Source: an uncultured Pelagibacteraceae bacterium
GTDB lineage: Bacteria > Pseudomonadota > Alphaproteobacteria > Pelagibacterales > Pelagibacteraceae
Assembly (NCBI GenBank): GCA_902541825.1
Contig: CACBRY010000001.1
Span: 31,924-95,923 of the forward strand
Length of the DNA stretch: 64,000 bases
Direction of reading: 5' to 3'
The notes under the pieces are model-generated. The model was not told the DNA's origin, ran no database searches, and was given only the letters and a program-made list of their open reading frames with translations. Each line of letters opens with the position of its first letter. Position 1 is the stretch's first letter. Shown piece by piece: positions 12,055-23,409 of the stretch. The position numbers and the translations under genes are program-made.

Positions 12055-13818
12055 TTAATTGAACTTGAAATTCATTATATTTGAACTTCCAGAAATTGCA
12101 GACTTATAGTGGTGTTCGGCTCTAGGTAATACTTTGTCAAAATAAAATCTAGCAGTATCTATTTTATCATTATAAAAATTTTTATTTTCCTCATAATCTT
12201 TAAAACTTACCTCAAGAACCTTAATCCATGCATATGCAATAGATACGTAACCTAAAGTTTTAAGATAGTCATTAGCCGCTGCGCTAACATCATCTTTTGC
12301 TGAGGTTGCTTTATCTATCATCCAATCACTAAATTTTTTAAGAGTGTCTAAATTCTTATTAAATTCAAACAAAAATGGTTTAATTTTTTCATTGTCAGTT
12401 TTACACTCTGACTTAACCTGATCTAAAAATTTATTTATTATATTACCATTTTTATTTGATAATTTTCTGAAAACTAGATCCGAAGCTTGAACCGAATTTG
12501 TACCTTCATAAATAGGTGTAATTCTATTATCTCTATATAATTGTTCTATTCCTTGATCTTTAGTGTATCCGTATCCACCATGTATTTGCATAGCATCACT
12601 TGTGATTTCCATTGCCAAATCTGTGAATAACGATTTTACAACAGGAGTCATGAGGGAAACATAATCTGAGGCCTCCTGACGAGTTTGTTCGTCTGGATGA
12701 TTTAAACTTACTTCTGTTTGCTGTGATAACCAAAAACATAAAGCTCTTTCACCTTCAATAATTGATTTCATATTGAGTAGGGTTCTTCTAATGTCAGCAT
12801 GTTCAATTATAAAATCTGCACCATTTTTTGAATTAGAATTATTTGACTTTCCTTGTTTTCTTTCTTTCGCGTAAGTTAGTGAATTTTGATAAGCAATTTC
12901 AGAAATACCTAAACCTTGTATACCAACTACTATTCTTTCAAGATTCATCATAGTAAACATTGCGCTTAATCCTTTTTCTTTAGCACCTATCATATACCCA
13001 GTAGCGTCATCAAAATTTAATACACAAGTCGCTGATCCCTTTATTCCCATCTTGGTCTCTATTGAACCTGTAGATATCCCGTTTCTAGGTCCGATTGTTC
13101 CATCATCTTTAACCACAAATTTTGGAACTAAAAATAAACTTATTCCTTTTGTGCCTGCTGGAGAGTCATCTGCTCTTGCCAAAACTAGATGAATAATATT
13201 CTCGGTTAAATCATGATCGCCAGATGTTATAAATATTTTTTGACCACTTATTTTATAAGTTCCGTCAGTTTGTTTTCTGGCTTTTGTTCTTAGTAAACCC
13301 AAATCGGTACCACATACTGGCTCAGTTAAACACATAGTGCCACTCCATTTTCCTTCAACTATTTTAGGTAAATATTTATTTTTTATATCGTCTGTAGCAT
13401 GATGATTAATACAATTATATGCACCTATACTTAGTTCACTGTATAATTTGAAAGACAGACTTGCTGAGGAAAGCATTTCATCAAAAAATGCACTTACAGT
13501 TTTTGGCATTCCTTGACCCCCATATTTTGGATCACAAGATAGTGAGGTCCATCCATCCTCGATATATTTTTTGTAGGCTTCTTTATAACCTGGAGGAGTT
13601 CTTACTACTCCATTTTCTAAAACTGCAGGATTTTCGTCACCAGCTTTAGCTAATGGTAAAATTAAATTTTGATTAATCTTTGCTGCCTCCTGCAAAATAT
13701 CTTTTACTAAATCAGTTGTTACCTCTTTATATTTTTCTAACTCATTATATTTTTGATTATTTCTAAGTTTCTCGAATAGAAACATCATATCATCAACAGG
13801 AGCGGTATAGCTTGGCAT
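12055..13818 (-). CDS. dmdC: Acyl-CoA dehydrogenase, probable MMPA-CoA dehydrogenase
   Basis: GTMCLTEP, GQKIFIT, QIHGGYGY, IYEGTN; dmd context. Confidence 0.85.
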   Translation of the reverse strand: MPSYTAPVDDMMFLFEKLRNNQKYNELEKYKEVTTDLVKDILQEAAKINQNLILPLAKAGDENPAVLENGVVRTPPGYKEAYKKYIEDGWTSLSCDPKYGGQGMPKTVSAFFDEMLSSASLSFKLYSELSIGAYNCINHHATDDIKNKYLPKIVEGKWSGTMCLTEPVCGTDLGLLRTKARKQTDGTYKISGQKIFITSGDHDLTENIIHLVLARADDSPAGTKGISLFLVPKFVVKDDGTIGPRNGISTGSIETKMGIKGSATCVLNFDDATGYMIGAKEKGLSAMFTMMNLERIVVGIQGLGISEIAYQNSLTYAKERKQGKSNNSNSKNGADFIIEHADIRRTLLNMKSIIEGERALCFWLSQQTEVSLNHPDEQTRQEASDYVSLMTPVVKSLFTDLAMEITSDAMQIHGGYGYTKDQGIEQLYRDNRITPIYEGTNSVQASDLVFRKLSNKNGNIINKFLDQVKSECKTDNEKIKPFLFEFNKNLDTLKKFSDWMIDKATSAKDDVSAAANDYLKTLGYVSIAYAWIKVLEVSFKDYEENKNFYNDKIDTARFYFDKVLPRAEHHYKSAISGSSNIMNFKFN

Positions 13819-13844
13819 AGTATGACTTTAAGATAATTAATTAA

Positions 13845-14951
13845 TTATTGCAATTTTGAAATGATCGCATCACCCATTTGAGAAGTAGAAACCTCTTTCA
13901 TTTTATCAGACATTATATCTTTTGTTCTCAATCCATCATTAAGAGCCTCTTGTACAGCCTTTTCTAAGGCCTCTGCCTCTTTATCTAAATCTAGAGAATA
14001 TCTCAGTGCCATAGCAAAACTCAAAATTGAGGCGATAGGATTTGCAACTCCTTTTCCAGCAATGTCTGGAGCTGAACCATGAATAGGTTCATACATAGCT
14101 CTCATTTCGCCATCCTTGTTTTTTGCACCTAATGATGCAGAAGGTAGTAATCCAAGAGAACCTGTTAACATAGAAGCCTCATCTGATAACATGTCACCAA
14201 ATAAATTATCAGTTAAGATTACATCAAATTGTTTTGGGTTTCTTACTAATTGCATCGCACAATTATCAGCTAACATATGACTTAACTCAACATCCTTATA
14301 ATCTTTATCATGTAATGATTGCACTTCTTCTTTCCAAAGTTGGCCTGCTTCCATTACATTAGATTTTTCACAAGATATGACTCTATTTGATCTTTTTTTA
14401 GCTAAGTCAAAAGCAACTCTAGCTACTCTAATAATTTCACTACTAGTATAAGTATGAGTGTTTACTCCTTTTCTTTCTCCATTTTCTATTGGTTTAATTC
14501 CTCTTGGTTCACCAAAATATACTCCACCAGTTAATTCTCTTACTATTAAAATATCTAAACCTGATACAATTTCTGGTTTTAAAGTTGAAGCATTTACTAA
14601 TTGTTCAAAGCATATTGCTGGCCTTAAATTAGCAAAAAGTTTTAGTTCTTTTCTGAGTTTTAAAAGGGCTCTCTCAGGTTTTTTTGAAAATTCTACACCA
14701 TCCCACTTTGGTCCACCAACTGCACCTAACATTATTACAGCGCTCTCTAATGCTTTATAAAAAACTTCATCAGTAAGAGGTGTTCCATGCTTATCAAATG
14801 AAATTCCTCCAACTAAATCCTCATCAATTTCAAAATCTAAAGATTTTTTATCATTGAACCAATTGATTACTTTTTTAACCTCTGCAATAACTTCAGGACC
14901 TATTCCATCACCTGGTAGCAATAGCACTCTTCTTTTTTTTACTTTAATCAT
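13845..14951 (-). CDS. leuB: 3-isopropylmalate dehydrogenase
   Basis: [36 protein letters not shown]. Confidence 0.97.
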   Translation of the reverse strand: MIKVKKRRVLLLPGDGIGPEVIAEVKKVINWFNDKKSLDFEIDEDLVGGISFDKHGTPLTDEVFYKALESAVIMLGAVGGPKWDGVEFSKKPERALLKLRKELKLFANLRPAICFEQLVNASTLKPEIVSGLDILIVRELTGGVYFGEPRGIKPIENGERKGVNTHTYTSSEIIRVARVAFDLAKKRSNRVISCEKSNVMEAGQLWKEEVQSLHDKDYKDVELSHMLADNCAMQLVRNPKQFDVILTDNLFGDMLSDEASMLTGSLGLLPSASLGAKNKDGEMRAMYEPIHGSAPDIAGKGVANPIASILSFAMALRYSLDLDKEAEALEKAVQEALNDGLRTKDIMSDKMKEVSTSQMGDAIISKLQ

Positions 14952-15549
14952 TAAACACCCAGGGCTTTTTGACTTTTAAATCTTTTTCAAAAATTTCTAT
15001 TTTATCAGATTTTTTTAATGAAAGAGCTATATCGTCCAATCCTTCTAGCAAACACTTCTTTTTAAACGAATCTACTTTAAATTTTAATTCATTATTTCCA
15101 AAAATAACTTTTTCTTCCTTAAGATCTATAAAAATTTCCTCTTTTCTTTTTGCATATTCTGATAGTTCTTTAATTTTATCATCATCTAAAATTATTGGTA
15201 AAATTCCATTTTTAAAACAGTTGTTATAAAAAATATCTGCAAAACTTGAACTTATCACACACGTGATACCGAAATCTAATAATGCCCATGGAGCGTGTTC
15301 TCTTGAAGAACCACAACCAAAATTTTTTCCAGCAATTAAAATTTTTGAATTATTGTAAGGATCTGTGTTTAAAACAAAATCATTTATTTCTTTACCTTGA
15401 TCGTCATATCTCATCTCAAAAAATAAATTTTTGCCCAGTCCAGTTCTTTTAATTGTTTTTAAAAATTGTTTTGGAATAATCATATCTGTATCAATATTAA
15501 CTATTGGCAAATACGCTGGTATACTCTTCAAAGTATTAAATTTTTGCAT
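14944..15549 (-). CDS. leuD: 3-isopropylmalate dehydratase small subunit
   Basis: [26 protein letters not shown]. Confidence 0.98.
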   Translation of the reverse strand: MQKFNTLKSIPAYLPIVNIDTDMIIPKQFLKTIKRTGLGKNLFFEMRYDDQGKEINDFVLNTDPYNNSKILIAGKNFGCGSSREHAPWALLDFGITCVISSSFADIFYNNCFKNGILPIILDDDKIKELSEYAKRKEEIFIDLKEEKVIFGNNELKFKVDSFKKKCLLEGLDDIALSLKKSDKIEIFEKDLKVKKPWVFND

Positions 15550-15550
15550 G

Positions 15551-16954
15551 TTAATTTTGATATTTCCTTACATCATCAAGATTTCCAGATATTGCTGCTG
15601 CTGCTGCCATACCTGGGCTTACTAAATGAGTTCTTCCACCTCTACCTTGCCTACCTTCAAAATTTCTATTTGATGTAGAGGCACATCTTTCTTCTGGTTT
15701 TAATTTATCTGCATTCATAGCTAAACACATTGAACAACCCGGCTCTCTCCATTCAAATCCAGACTTTACAAAAATTTTATCTAATCCTTCTTGTTCTGCT
15801 TGTTCTTTAACTAGCCCTGATCCAGGAACAACCATTGCATGAACATGAGAGGCAATTTTTTTATCTTTTAAAATTTTTGCAGCCTCTCTTAAATCCTCAA
15901 TTCTCCCATTAGTACAGCTCCCAATGAAAACTTTATCAATTTTAATATCTTTAGCTGCCATATCTGGTTTCAAGCCCATATAATTTAAGGCTCGTTCCAA
16001 AGAATTTTTTCTATCCTCATCTTTCTCATTTTTTGGATTTGGTACTCTTTCATCTATCGTAATAACATCCTGAGGTGAAGTTCCCCAAGTTATCATTGGC
16101 GAAATTTCATTGGCAGTTAGGTTTACCTCTTTATCAAACTTGGCACCTTCATCAGTATTTAAATTTTTCCAATTATCTAGTGCTTTATCCCAATCATCTC
16201 CTTTAGGAGACATTGGTCTACCTTCTAAGTATTTAAATATTTTTTCATCAGGAGCGATTAATCCTGCCCTTGCGCCACCTTCAATTGTCATATTACAAAT
16301 TGTCATTCTATTCTCAACACTAAGCGATTTAATTAGATCACCTGCATATTCTATTACACATCCTGTTCCTCCAGCAGTTCCAATTTTTCCAATTATCTGG
16401 AGAATTACATCTTTTGATGTAACACCTAATGGAAGTGTGCCGTTGACATTTATTCTAAAATTCTTTGCTTTTTTTTGAACTAATGTTTGAGTTGCTAAAA
16501 CATGTTCTACTTCTGAAGTTCCAATACCAAAAGCTAATGCACCAAATGCTCCATGTGTTGCTGTATGACTATCACCACAAACAATAACTGTTCCGGGTTG
16601 AGTAAAGCCCTGCTCAGGCCCTGTGACATGAACAATTCCTTGTCTCTTATCGCTCATTCCAAAAAGTTTAATACCAAACTCTTTACAATTAGCCTCTAAA
16701 GTTTCAACTTGAATTTTAGACTCATGGTCTGAAATACCTTTTGACCTATCCGTTGTTGGAACATTATGATCTGCAACAGCTAATGTCAATTTTGGGTGTC
16801 TTACTTTGCGTTTAGAATTTCTTAATCCCTCAAAGGCTTGCGGACTAGTGACTTCATGAACTAAATGTCTGTCAACAAACAATAAAGCTGTTCCATCTTC
16901 TTGCTGATGAACTAAATGTTCGTTCCAAATTTTATCGTAAAGAGTATTGGGCAT
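15551..16954 (-). CDS. leuC: 3-isopropylmalate dehydratase large subunit
   Basis: [35 protein letters not shown]. Confidence 0.98.
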   Translation of the reverse strand: MPNTLYDKIWNEHLVHQQEDGTALLFVDRHLVHEVTSPQAFEGLRNSKRKVRHPKLTLAVADHNVPTTDRSKGISDHESKIQVETLEANCKEFGIKLFGMSDKRQGIVHVTGPEQGFTQPGTVIVCGDSHTATHGAFGALAFGIGTSEVEHVLATQTLVQKKAKNFRINVNGTLPLGVTSKDVILQIIGKIGTAGGTGCVIEYAGDLIKSLSVENRMTICNMTIEGGARAGLIAPDEKIFKYLEGRPMSPKGDDWDKALDNWKNLNTDEGAKFDKEVNLTANEISPMITWGTSPQDVITIDERVPNPKNEKDEDRKNSLERALNYMGLKPDMAAKDIKIDKVFIGSCTNGRIEDLREAAKILKDKKIASHVHAMVVPGSGLVKEQAEQEGLDKIFVKSGFEWREPGCSMCLAMNADKLKPEERCASTSNRNFEGRQGRGGRTHLVSPGMAAAAAISGNLDDVRKYQN

Positions 16955-16965
16955 TGAGAAAAAAA

Positions 16966-17541
16966 TTATTTTTTTTCCTGTAAATTTTCAAGTTTTTTTT
17001 CAGTTTTAGTTTCAGCTTTGGGTGCCTCTTTCTTCATCTCTGTTTTTGGGGCTTCTTCTTTTTTAGGCTCTACAGTTGGGGTAGCCTCTTTTGCAGATTC
17101 TGGTGCACTTTCTTTTTCAGCTGGCGCTAGATTTTCTTCAGTAACAGTCTCAGGCTTAACGTCAATATCAATACCAATTTTTTTTCTTATTTTTTCAGCA
17201 ATCCTCGCAGATTTTCCAGTTCTATCTCTTAAATAATACAGTTTAGCTCTTCTTACTTTTCCTGAACGAATTACCTTGATTGAGTCAATAACAGTTCCAT
17301 ACAACGGGAAAGTTCTTTCAACACCTTCTCCAAAAGATATTTTTCTAACAGTAAAAGAGGAGTTTATGTCTCTACTTTTTTTAGCTATACAAACACCTTC
17401 GAAATATTGAATTCTCTCTTTTTTTCCCTCTGTAATTCTGACGCCAACTTTAACAACATCACCAGGAAAGAAATCAGGGATCTTTTTTTCTGAAAGAATT
17501 TTTTTAACGTTATTTTGGTTTATTTCTTCTATTGTTTTCAT
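16966..17541 (-). CDS. rplS: 50S ribosomal protein L19 with long charged C-terminal extension
   Basis: [28 protein letters not shown]; ATG at 17541 preferred over upstream TTG. Confidence 0.95.
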   Translation of the reverse strand: MKTIEEINQNNVKKILSEKKIPDFFPGDVVKVGVRITEGKKERIQYFEGVCIAKKSRDINSSFTVRKISFGEGVERTFPLYGTVIDSIKVIRSGKVRRAKLYYLRDRTGKSARIAEKIRKKIGIDIDVKPETVTEENLAPAEKESAPESAKEATPTVEPKKEEAPKTEMKKEAPKAETKTEKKLENLQEKK

Positions 17542-17557
17542 TTTAATATTTAACAAG

Positions 17558-18244
17558 TTAATTCTTCTTATATTTATGCCACAAATCTGGTCTTCGGTCG
17601 CGTGTTATAGCCTCAGATTGAGATAAACGCCAGTCTTTAATTTTAGCGTGATCACCAGATAATAACACATCTGGAACTGATTTTTCCTCCCAAATCTGGG
17701 GTTTGGTATATTGTGGATACTCCAAAAGGCCATTTTCAAAAGTTTCTTCTGAAGCTGATTTATCATTCCCTAAGACACCAGGTAAAAGTCTCAATACACT
17801 ATCAAGCACAACTAGCGCAGCAGTTTCTCCACCTGACAATACATAGTCTCCTACACTAATCTCTTCAATATTTCTTGTAGATAATACTCTCTCGTCAACA
17901 CCCTCGAAATGACCGCAAATTAATGAGAAGGATTTTTCTGATGATAGATCTTGTGCAAGTTTTTGATTAAATACTTTGCCTTTCGGTGAAAGATATAAAA
18001 TCCTATCTCCTTTATTTATGTTTTGATCGATAGAATTTGCTAAAACATCAGGTTTTAATAACATGCCTGTTCCACCACCGTAAGGAGTATCATCAACTGT
18101 TTTATGTTTATCTGTAGCTGCATCTCTAATATTTATCACATTCAAACTCCACAATTTTTTAGACATTGCTTTTCCGTAAAGACCTTTTCCTAAAGGCCCA
18201 GGAAAAATATCTGGATAAAGTGTAAATACTTGAGCTTGCAACAT
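17558..18244 (-). CDS. trmD: tRNA (guanine37-N1)-methyltransferase
   Basis: [35 protein letters not shown]. Confidence 0.97.
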   Translation of the reverse strand: MLQAQVFTLYPDIFPGPLGKGLYGKAMSKKLWSLNVINIRDAATDKHKTVDDTPYGGGTGMLLKPDVLANSIDQNINKGDRILYLSPKGKVFNQKLAQDLSSEKSFSLICGHFEGVDERVLSTRNIEEISVGDYVLSGGETAALVVLDSVLRLLPGVLGNDKSASEETFENGLLEYPQYTKPQIWEEKSVPDVLLSGDHAKIKDWRLSQSEAITRDRRPDLWHKYKKN

Positions 18245-18258
18245 TAATATCCTTTACT

Positions 18259-18711
18259 TTATTTCTTCTCTTCTTTTTTAGCTTCTGCTTTTGGTGCTTC
18301 CTCTTTTTTAGCTTCTGCTTTTGGTGCTTCCTCTTTTTTAGCTTCTCCAGCTGGAGCAGCATCTACCTTTGAAGACTCTTCCTTTTTAGTTTCTTCCGAA
18401 CCTTCTTTTTTTCTATCTTTTTTTGGAATTGCCTTTTGTGGGTTATTTCCATTAGCAGGCATAGGCATCAATTCATTCTCACCTAAAATTCTAGCTACTC
18501 TTGTTGTAGGTTGTGCACCTTGACCCAGCCAATACTTTATTCTCTCAGCCTCTAATCCAATTCTTTCTTTTTTTTCTTTTGGTAACAATGGATTAAAAAA
18601 ACCTACTTTCTCTATAAATCTACCATCTCTAGCAAATCGACTGTCGGCTACAACAACCTTATAAACAGGCCTCTTTTTTGTGCCACCTCTAGATAATCTT
18701 AATTTTAACAT
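18259..18711 (-). CDS. rpsP: 30S ribosomal protein S16 with repetitive C-terminal extension
   Basis: [29 protein letters not shown]; SD AGGAGAG upstream. Confidence 0.97.
   Translation of the reverse strand: MLKLRLSRGGTKKRPVYKVVVADSRFARDGRFIEKVGFFNPLLPKEKKERIGLEAERIKYWLGQGAQPTTRVARILGENELMPMPANGNNPQKAIPKKDRKKEGSEETKKEESSKVDAAPAGEAKKEEAPKAEAKKEEAPKAEAKKEEKK
18272..18346. repeat. 30-bp tandem repeat (~2.5 copies) encoding [10 protein letters not shown] in rpsP tail
   Basis: Unit ctcttttttagcttctgcttttggtgcttc repeated at a 30-nt period. Confidence 0.9.
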
Positions 18712-18723
18712 TTACTCTCCTTT

Positions 18724-20082
18724 TTATTTTAATTGATTAAATAATTCTGGAGGTATTCCTTTATCAGACATACCTTTCAGATTTCCTTTTGACATCTTCT
18801 TCATCATTTCAGACATCATTTTAAATTGTTTCAACAATTTATTGATAGTGGCTGGATCAGTTCCTGAGCCATTAGCAATTCTTTTTTTTCTAGAACCATC
18901 AATTATTTTTGGGTTCTCTCTTTCTTTTTTAGTCATTGATAGAATTATAGCCTCATTTTTTGTAATAACACTCTCATCAATACCCGCAGCATCCATTTGA
19001 GATTTAACCTTTGAAACTCCTGGCATGAAAGACATGATGCCTTCAATCCCTCCCATTTTTTTCATTTGTCTCAGTTGAATTAAATAATCTTGCATTGAGA
19101 ATTGTCCTTTTTTTAAATTCTCCTCTGTTTTTTTTATATTTTCTTCCCCAAGATCTTGGGCTGCTTTTTCAACAAGAGAAACAATATCTCCCATCCCAAG
19201 AATTCTATTTGCAATTCTATCTGGGTGAAAAACTTCAAGATTTTCGATCTTTTCCCCAATGCCTAAAAATTTAATTGGAACCTGTGAAACAAATTTCATA
19301 CTTACAGCGGCCCCGCCTCTCGCATCACCATCTGCCCTTGTTAAAATAATTCCGGATAAATTTACTGTATTATTAAATTCTTTTGCTACTGATGCAGCTA
19401 CCTGTCCAGTGAGAGAATCGGCAACTAAAAACGTCTCCGCAGGTTTAATGGTATTTTCAATTTGTTTAATTTCACTCATCATCTGCAAATCTATTTGTGT
19501 TCTACCAGCAGTATCGAATAAGATAATATCTGCGCCATTCAAGTTTGCTGCACTAATTGCTCTTTGACAAATATCACTGGGTTGTTGACCTTCAATTATT
19601 GGAAGAGTTAATATATTATTTTGTTCACCTAAAGATTTTAACTGCTCTTGAGCAGCTGGTCTGTAAATATCTAAACTGACCATCATTACTTTCTTTTTTT
19701 TTGTATTCTCTAAATATCTCGCAAGTTTAGCAGTTGTTGTTGTTTTACCAGAACCTTGTAGCCCGACCAGCATCATTGGCACTGGTGGAACTGCATTTAA
19801 ATTTACATCATTATTTTTTTCACCTAAAAGATTAACTAATTCATCATAAACAATTTTTACCACCATATCGCCAGGTGATGTTGATCTAATAATTTCTTGA
19901 CCTAATGCTTTTGGTTTAACCTTTTCAATAAAATCTTTAGCAACTTCAAGAGACACATCAGCTTCTAATAAAGCTTGTCTTATTCCTCTCAATCCCTCAT
20001 CAACCTGATTTTCATCAAGTGATGGGGCTTTTTTTAGAGAGGAAAAAACTTCCTCAAATTTATTTGTTAAATTTTCAAACAT
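18724..20082 (-). CDS. ffh: Signal recognition particle protein Ffh
   Basis: GLQGSGKTTT, DTAGR, DGDARGGAA, RILGMGD; start MFENL at 20082. Confidence 0.97.
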   Translation of the reverse strand: MFENLTNKFEEVFSSLKKAPSLDENQVDEGLRGIRQALLEADVSLEVAKDFIEKVKPKALGQEIIRSTSPGDMVVKIVYDELVNLLGEKNNDVNLNAVPPVPMMLVGLQGSGKTTTTAKLARYLENTKKKKVMMVSLDIYRPAAQEQLKSLGEQNNILTLPIIEGQQPSDICQRAISAANLNGADIILFDTAGRTQIDLQMMSEIKQIENTIKPAETFLVADSLTGQVAASVAKEFNNTVNLSGIILTRADGDARGGAAVSMKFVSQVPIKFLGIGEKIENLEVFHPDRIANRILGMGDIVSLVEKAAQDLGEENIKKTEENLKKGQFSMQDYLIQLRQMKKMGGIEGIMSFMPGVSKVKSQMDAAGIDESVITKNEAIILSMTKKERENPKIIDGSRKKRIANGSGTDPATINKLLKQFKMMSEMMKKMSKGNLKGMSDKGIPPELFNQLK

Positions 20083-20099
20083 ATTTATTACACACAGCA

Positions 20100-20185
20100 G
20101 TAATCGCACTAGTGGGCGAACCCTCGCTGACTAGTGTCGATCTCTTTGTTTCCAAAGACACCGCAAATTTAATGTTTTTGCGGAA
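20100..20185 (-). ncRNA. ffh leader RNA motif (cis-regulatory)
   Basis: GC-rich nested stems in the ffh 5' UTR: atcg/cgat, cactagt/actagtg, gcga/tcgc, tctttg/caaaga, ccgcaaa/tttgcgg. An ffh leader motif is known from Pelagibacter and other alphaproteobacteria. Confidence 0.75.
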
Positions 20186-20243
20186 ACTGCCACAAACTAT
20201 AATAGAGGTTCAAAAAGTCAATAAATAAGTTAAATAACTATAT

Positions 20244-21068
20244 ATGGACATCAAAGCTTTTAAAATGGACGGATTGGGTAATGATTTTGTGATAATCGAT
20301 AATAGAGAAAAAATTACCAATTTAACGAAAGATCAGATTGTAAAAATCTGTGACAGAAATTTTATTGGCTGTGATCAACTAATATTTATTGAGACAGATA
20401 GTTCTGCAGATGCAAATTTAAAATTTTTTAATTCAGATGGAGGAGAGTCTGGAGCATGTGGAAATGGAACTAGATGTGTTGCAAATTTGATTTCAAATGA
20501 AAAAAATAACAAGTCAATAATTTTAAATACGCTATCTGGAAAACTAAAATCTGAAATTTTAGAAAAAAAAATTGTTACAACAGAAATTGGGAAAGCAAAG
20601 TTAAAATGGGATGAAATACCTTTATCAAAAGAAATGGATACAAAAAACTTAAATATCAAAATTATTGATACAAATAATAATGAGCACTTAGGTGGCACTG
20701 CAATTAATGTGGGTAACCCACATATTGTTTTTTTTGTTAAAAAGATTGAGGATTTCAATATAGAAAAAATTGGCCCTGAGATAGAAAATCACGAAATTTT
20801 CCCAGAAAAATGTAATGTAACGATTGCACAAATTTTAAATAAAAATTTGATCAAAGTAAAAGTTTGGGAAAGAGGAGCTGGTCTTACTAAAGCTTGCGGA
20901 ACTGCAGCGTGTGCTACAGCATATGCAGGTAAATTAAATAATCTTACAGAAAATAAAACTGATATAGAGTTTGCAACTGGAAAATTATCAATTTCTATAG
21001 ATGAAAATGATTCTATTCACATGAAAGGACCTGTTTCAAATATTAAAGAAATAAATATAAAATTGTAA
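20244..21068 (+). CDS. dapF: Diaminopimelate epimerase
   Basis: GLGNDF, CGNGTRC, GNPH, WERGAGLTKACGT. Confidence 0.96.
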   Translation: MDIKAFKMDGLGNDFVIIDNREKITNLTKDQIVKICDRNFIGCDQLIFIETDSSADANLKFFNSDGGESGACGNGTRCVANLISNEKNNKSIILNTLSGKLKSEILEKKIVTTEIGKAKLKWDEIPLSKEMDTKNLNIKIIDTNNNEHLGGTAINVGNPHIVFFVKKIEDFNIEKIGPEIENHEIFPEKCNVTIAQILNKNLIKVKVWERGAGLTKACGTAACATAYAGKLNNLTENKTDIEFATGKLSISIDENDSIHMKGPVSNIKEINIKL

Positions 21069-21985
21069 TGGGAATCTTTGATAAATTTAAAATCGGATTT
21101 AAGAAAAGTGCATCAGCGTTTACATCAGGACTTAAAGAAATAATTGTCAAAAAAGAAATTAATGACGAAAATTTAAATAAAATTGAGGAATTTTTAATTC
21201 AATCAGATGTGGGGGTTGAAGCTGCCTCTGAAATAAAAGAAATAATTTCTAAAAAAAAAATTGATCCAAATAAAGAACTATCTAGAGAGATAAACTCTAT
21301 TTTAAAAGAATACATAATTTCTTTGATGAAACCTTTAGAAAATAAATCCTTTTTTGAGAAAAAAGAAAAGCTTAATGCAACATTAATTTCTGGGGTAAAC
21401 GGCGTTGGGAAAACAACAACTATAGGTAAAATAGGAAAGATATTAAGGAAGAACGGCAGTAAAGTCATATTTGCAGCTTCAGATACATTTCGTGCCGCTG
21501 CAATTGAACAACTAGAAAATTGGGCAAGTAAAGTAGATGTTCAAATAGTAAAATCATCTCAAGGAGCTGATCCCGCCTCAGTTGCTTTTAAAGCAGTAGA
21601 TGAAGCTATTAAAAATAATTTTGATCAAGTTTTAATAGATACTGCGGGACGACTCCAAAATAAAAAAAATTTAATGGAAGAATATAAAAAGATAGCGAAT
21701 GTCACAAAAAAAATAGATCCCAACGCGCCTCATAATGTTATCTTAATTTTAGACGCAACCTCAGGACAAAATGTATTAAATCAAGTCGAAGAATTTAACA
21801 AAATCATCCCAATAACTGGTATCGTGATGACAAAATTAGATGGCACAGCCAAGGGAGGAATTTTGTTAGCACTAGCAAAAAAATATAAAATTCCAATTAT
21901 TGCGCTAGGTTTGGGTGAAAAAGAAGACGACTTACAGTTGTTCGAAGCAGAAAAATTTGCCGAGGCTTTTACTCAAATTAATTGA
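21068..21985 (+). CDS. ftsY: SRP receptor FtsY
   Basis: GVNGVGKTTT, DTFRAAA, DTAGRL, TKLDGTAKGG. Confidence 0.97.
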   Translation: MGIFDKFKIGFKKSASAFTSGLKEIIVKKEINDENLNKIEEFLIQSDVGVEAASEIKEIISKKKIDPNKELSREINSILKEYIISLMKPLENKSFFEKKEKLNATLISGVNGVGKTTTIGKIGKILRKNGSKVIFAASDTFRAAAIEQLENWASKVDVQIVKSSQGADPASVAFKAVDEAIKNNFDQVLIDTAGRLQNKKNLMEEYKKIANVTKKIDPNAPHNVILILDATSGQNVLNQVEEFNKIIPITGIVMTKLDGTAKGGILLALAKKYKIPIIALGLGEKEDDLQLFEAEKFAEAFTQIN

Positions 21986-22541
21986 TTAAATTGCTAGAAA
22001 TTAAAGGCTTGTAGATATTACATTTATAATTATCATCAAATTTATAATGACCACAATCTTTAGAAAATGAGGAGATTATAAAGTCGAATTTACCGGTGGT
22101 TGGATAAAGCTCTAGTTTTTTACTGGCAATGTCATATTTAAAATTAGCATCTAAACTTTTCACGGCGCTAATCAATACTAATGTTTTATCGTCTTTTAAT
22201 AAATAATATGCAAAATCATCTGGAAACACTGGAAAATCATATTCTTGTAAAAGATATTTAGCTTGCGAAGGAAACCACTCATAAGAAATTAGAGGTGAAG
22301 AGGACTTTGTTAAATGATTATAAATATAAAGATCCTTTGGATAATCATTTATATAATTTTCATTTTCGCCTCTTGCTAAAATAGATTTTTCTCTACCTTT
22401 AAAATATAAACTAAATTCTTTGTTATGTGAATTCATGTGATCTATGTGAAATAAATCGTCTGGTTGAAAAAATTCATCTTGTGAATAAACGTTGGTAGTA
22501 AAAACAAAGAACGCAATAAACAAAACAGATAATCTTTTCAT
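21978..22541 (-). CDS. Exported hypothetical protein
   Basis: 187-aa ORF with signal-peptide-like N-terminus; no recognised motif. Confidence 0.7.
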   Translation of the reverse strand: MKRLSVLFIAFFVFTTNVYSQDEFFQPDDLFHIDHMNSHNKEFSLYFKGREKSILARGENENYINDYPKDLYIYNHLTKSSSPLISYEWFPSQAKYLLQEYDFPVFPDDFAYYLLKDDKTLVLISAVKSLDANFKYDIASKKLELYPTTGKFDFIISSFSKDCGHYKFDDNYKCNIYKPLISSNLIN

Positions 22542-22590
22542 TATCTTATAATAAAATCAAATTCTGAAGTATATTTGTTGATATTGTGGC

Positions 22591-23409
22591 TTAATTTAAA
22601 CTTTTTAAAAATGAGTTAAGGGCATTAACAAGGTTTTCATCATACTCCATCATATGATTGTCATGTTTTGTAAAATAAGAATATTTCGGTTCATTAGCTT
22701 TTTCATACATTTTTTTTCCCATAAAAAATGGAACAATTTGATCAACCTCACCATGCATTATTAAAATTGGAACATTTATATTCTTAATTTTGCTTTTATT
22801 ATCAAACTTATCTTTCAATAATAAACTTACAGGTACATACGGATAAAAGGTTTTGGCTGCATCAATCATAGAAGTAAAAGGAGTTTCCAATACAACGCCA
22901 GCAAAATTCTTATTTTGTGACAAATGAGTTGCAACACCAGTTCCTAATGACTCGCCATAAATAACAATATTTTCTTCCTTTACACCTTTTCTAACTAGCC
23001 AATTTATTCCACTTCTTCCATCTTTATAAAGGCCTTCCTCAGATGGTTTACCTTTATTGCCACTAAAGCCTCTCCAGGCAATTATTAAAAAATTAACATC
23101 CATTTTATGGAAATGGTTTAATTTATGAATTCTATTTTCAAGGGAGCCGGCATTTCCGTGAAAAAATAAAACTGTTTTATATTTTTCTAAGTCTTTTTCA
23201 TGAAACCAGCCCAATAAATCAATGTTATCCTCTGTCTTAATTTTTACTTTTTCAATAGGGACTGATATTTGATCACCAGAATAATTATTTTCATTAGGAT
23301 GATATAATAAATTTCTCTGATAAAAATATAAAAAAACTAAGATTAAAAAATAGACAAAAATAACTATTTGGAAAAATAACAACAAAATATTCCTAAACTT
23401 TTTTAACAT
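22591..23409 (-). CDS. Membrane-anchored alpha/beta hydrolase (ABHD13/Bem46-like)
   Basis: N-terminal TM, FHGNAG, YGESLG, HGEVDQIVP. Confidence 0.87.
   Translation of the reverse strand: MLKKFRNILLLFFQIVIFVYFLILVFLYFYQRNLLYHPNENNYSGDQISVPIEKVKIKTEDNIDLLGWFHEKDLEKYKTVLFFHGNAGSLENRIHKLNHFHKMDVNFLIIAWRGFSGNKGKPSEEGLYKDGRSGINWLVRKGVKEENIVIYGESLGTGVATHLSQNKNFAGVVLETPFTSMIDAAKTFYPYVPVSLLLKDKFDNKSKIKNINVPILIMHGEVDQIVPFFMGKKMYEKANEPKYSYFTKHDNHMMEYDENLVNALNSFLKSLN

Noticed and set aside
18272-18346. 30-bp direct repeats as a possible CRISPR array
   Set aside because: Head-to-tail with no spacers, in frame within rpsP, and no cas genes
18159-18362. Repetitive 67-aa ORF ([10 protein letters not shown]) on the minus strand
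   Set aside because: Alternative frame of the 30-bp rpsP repeat
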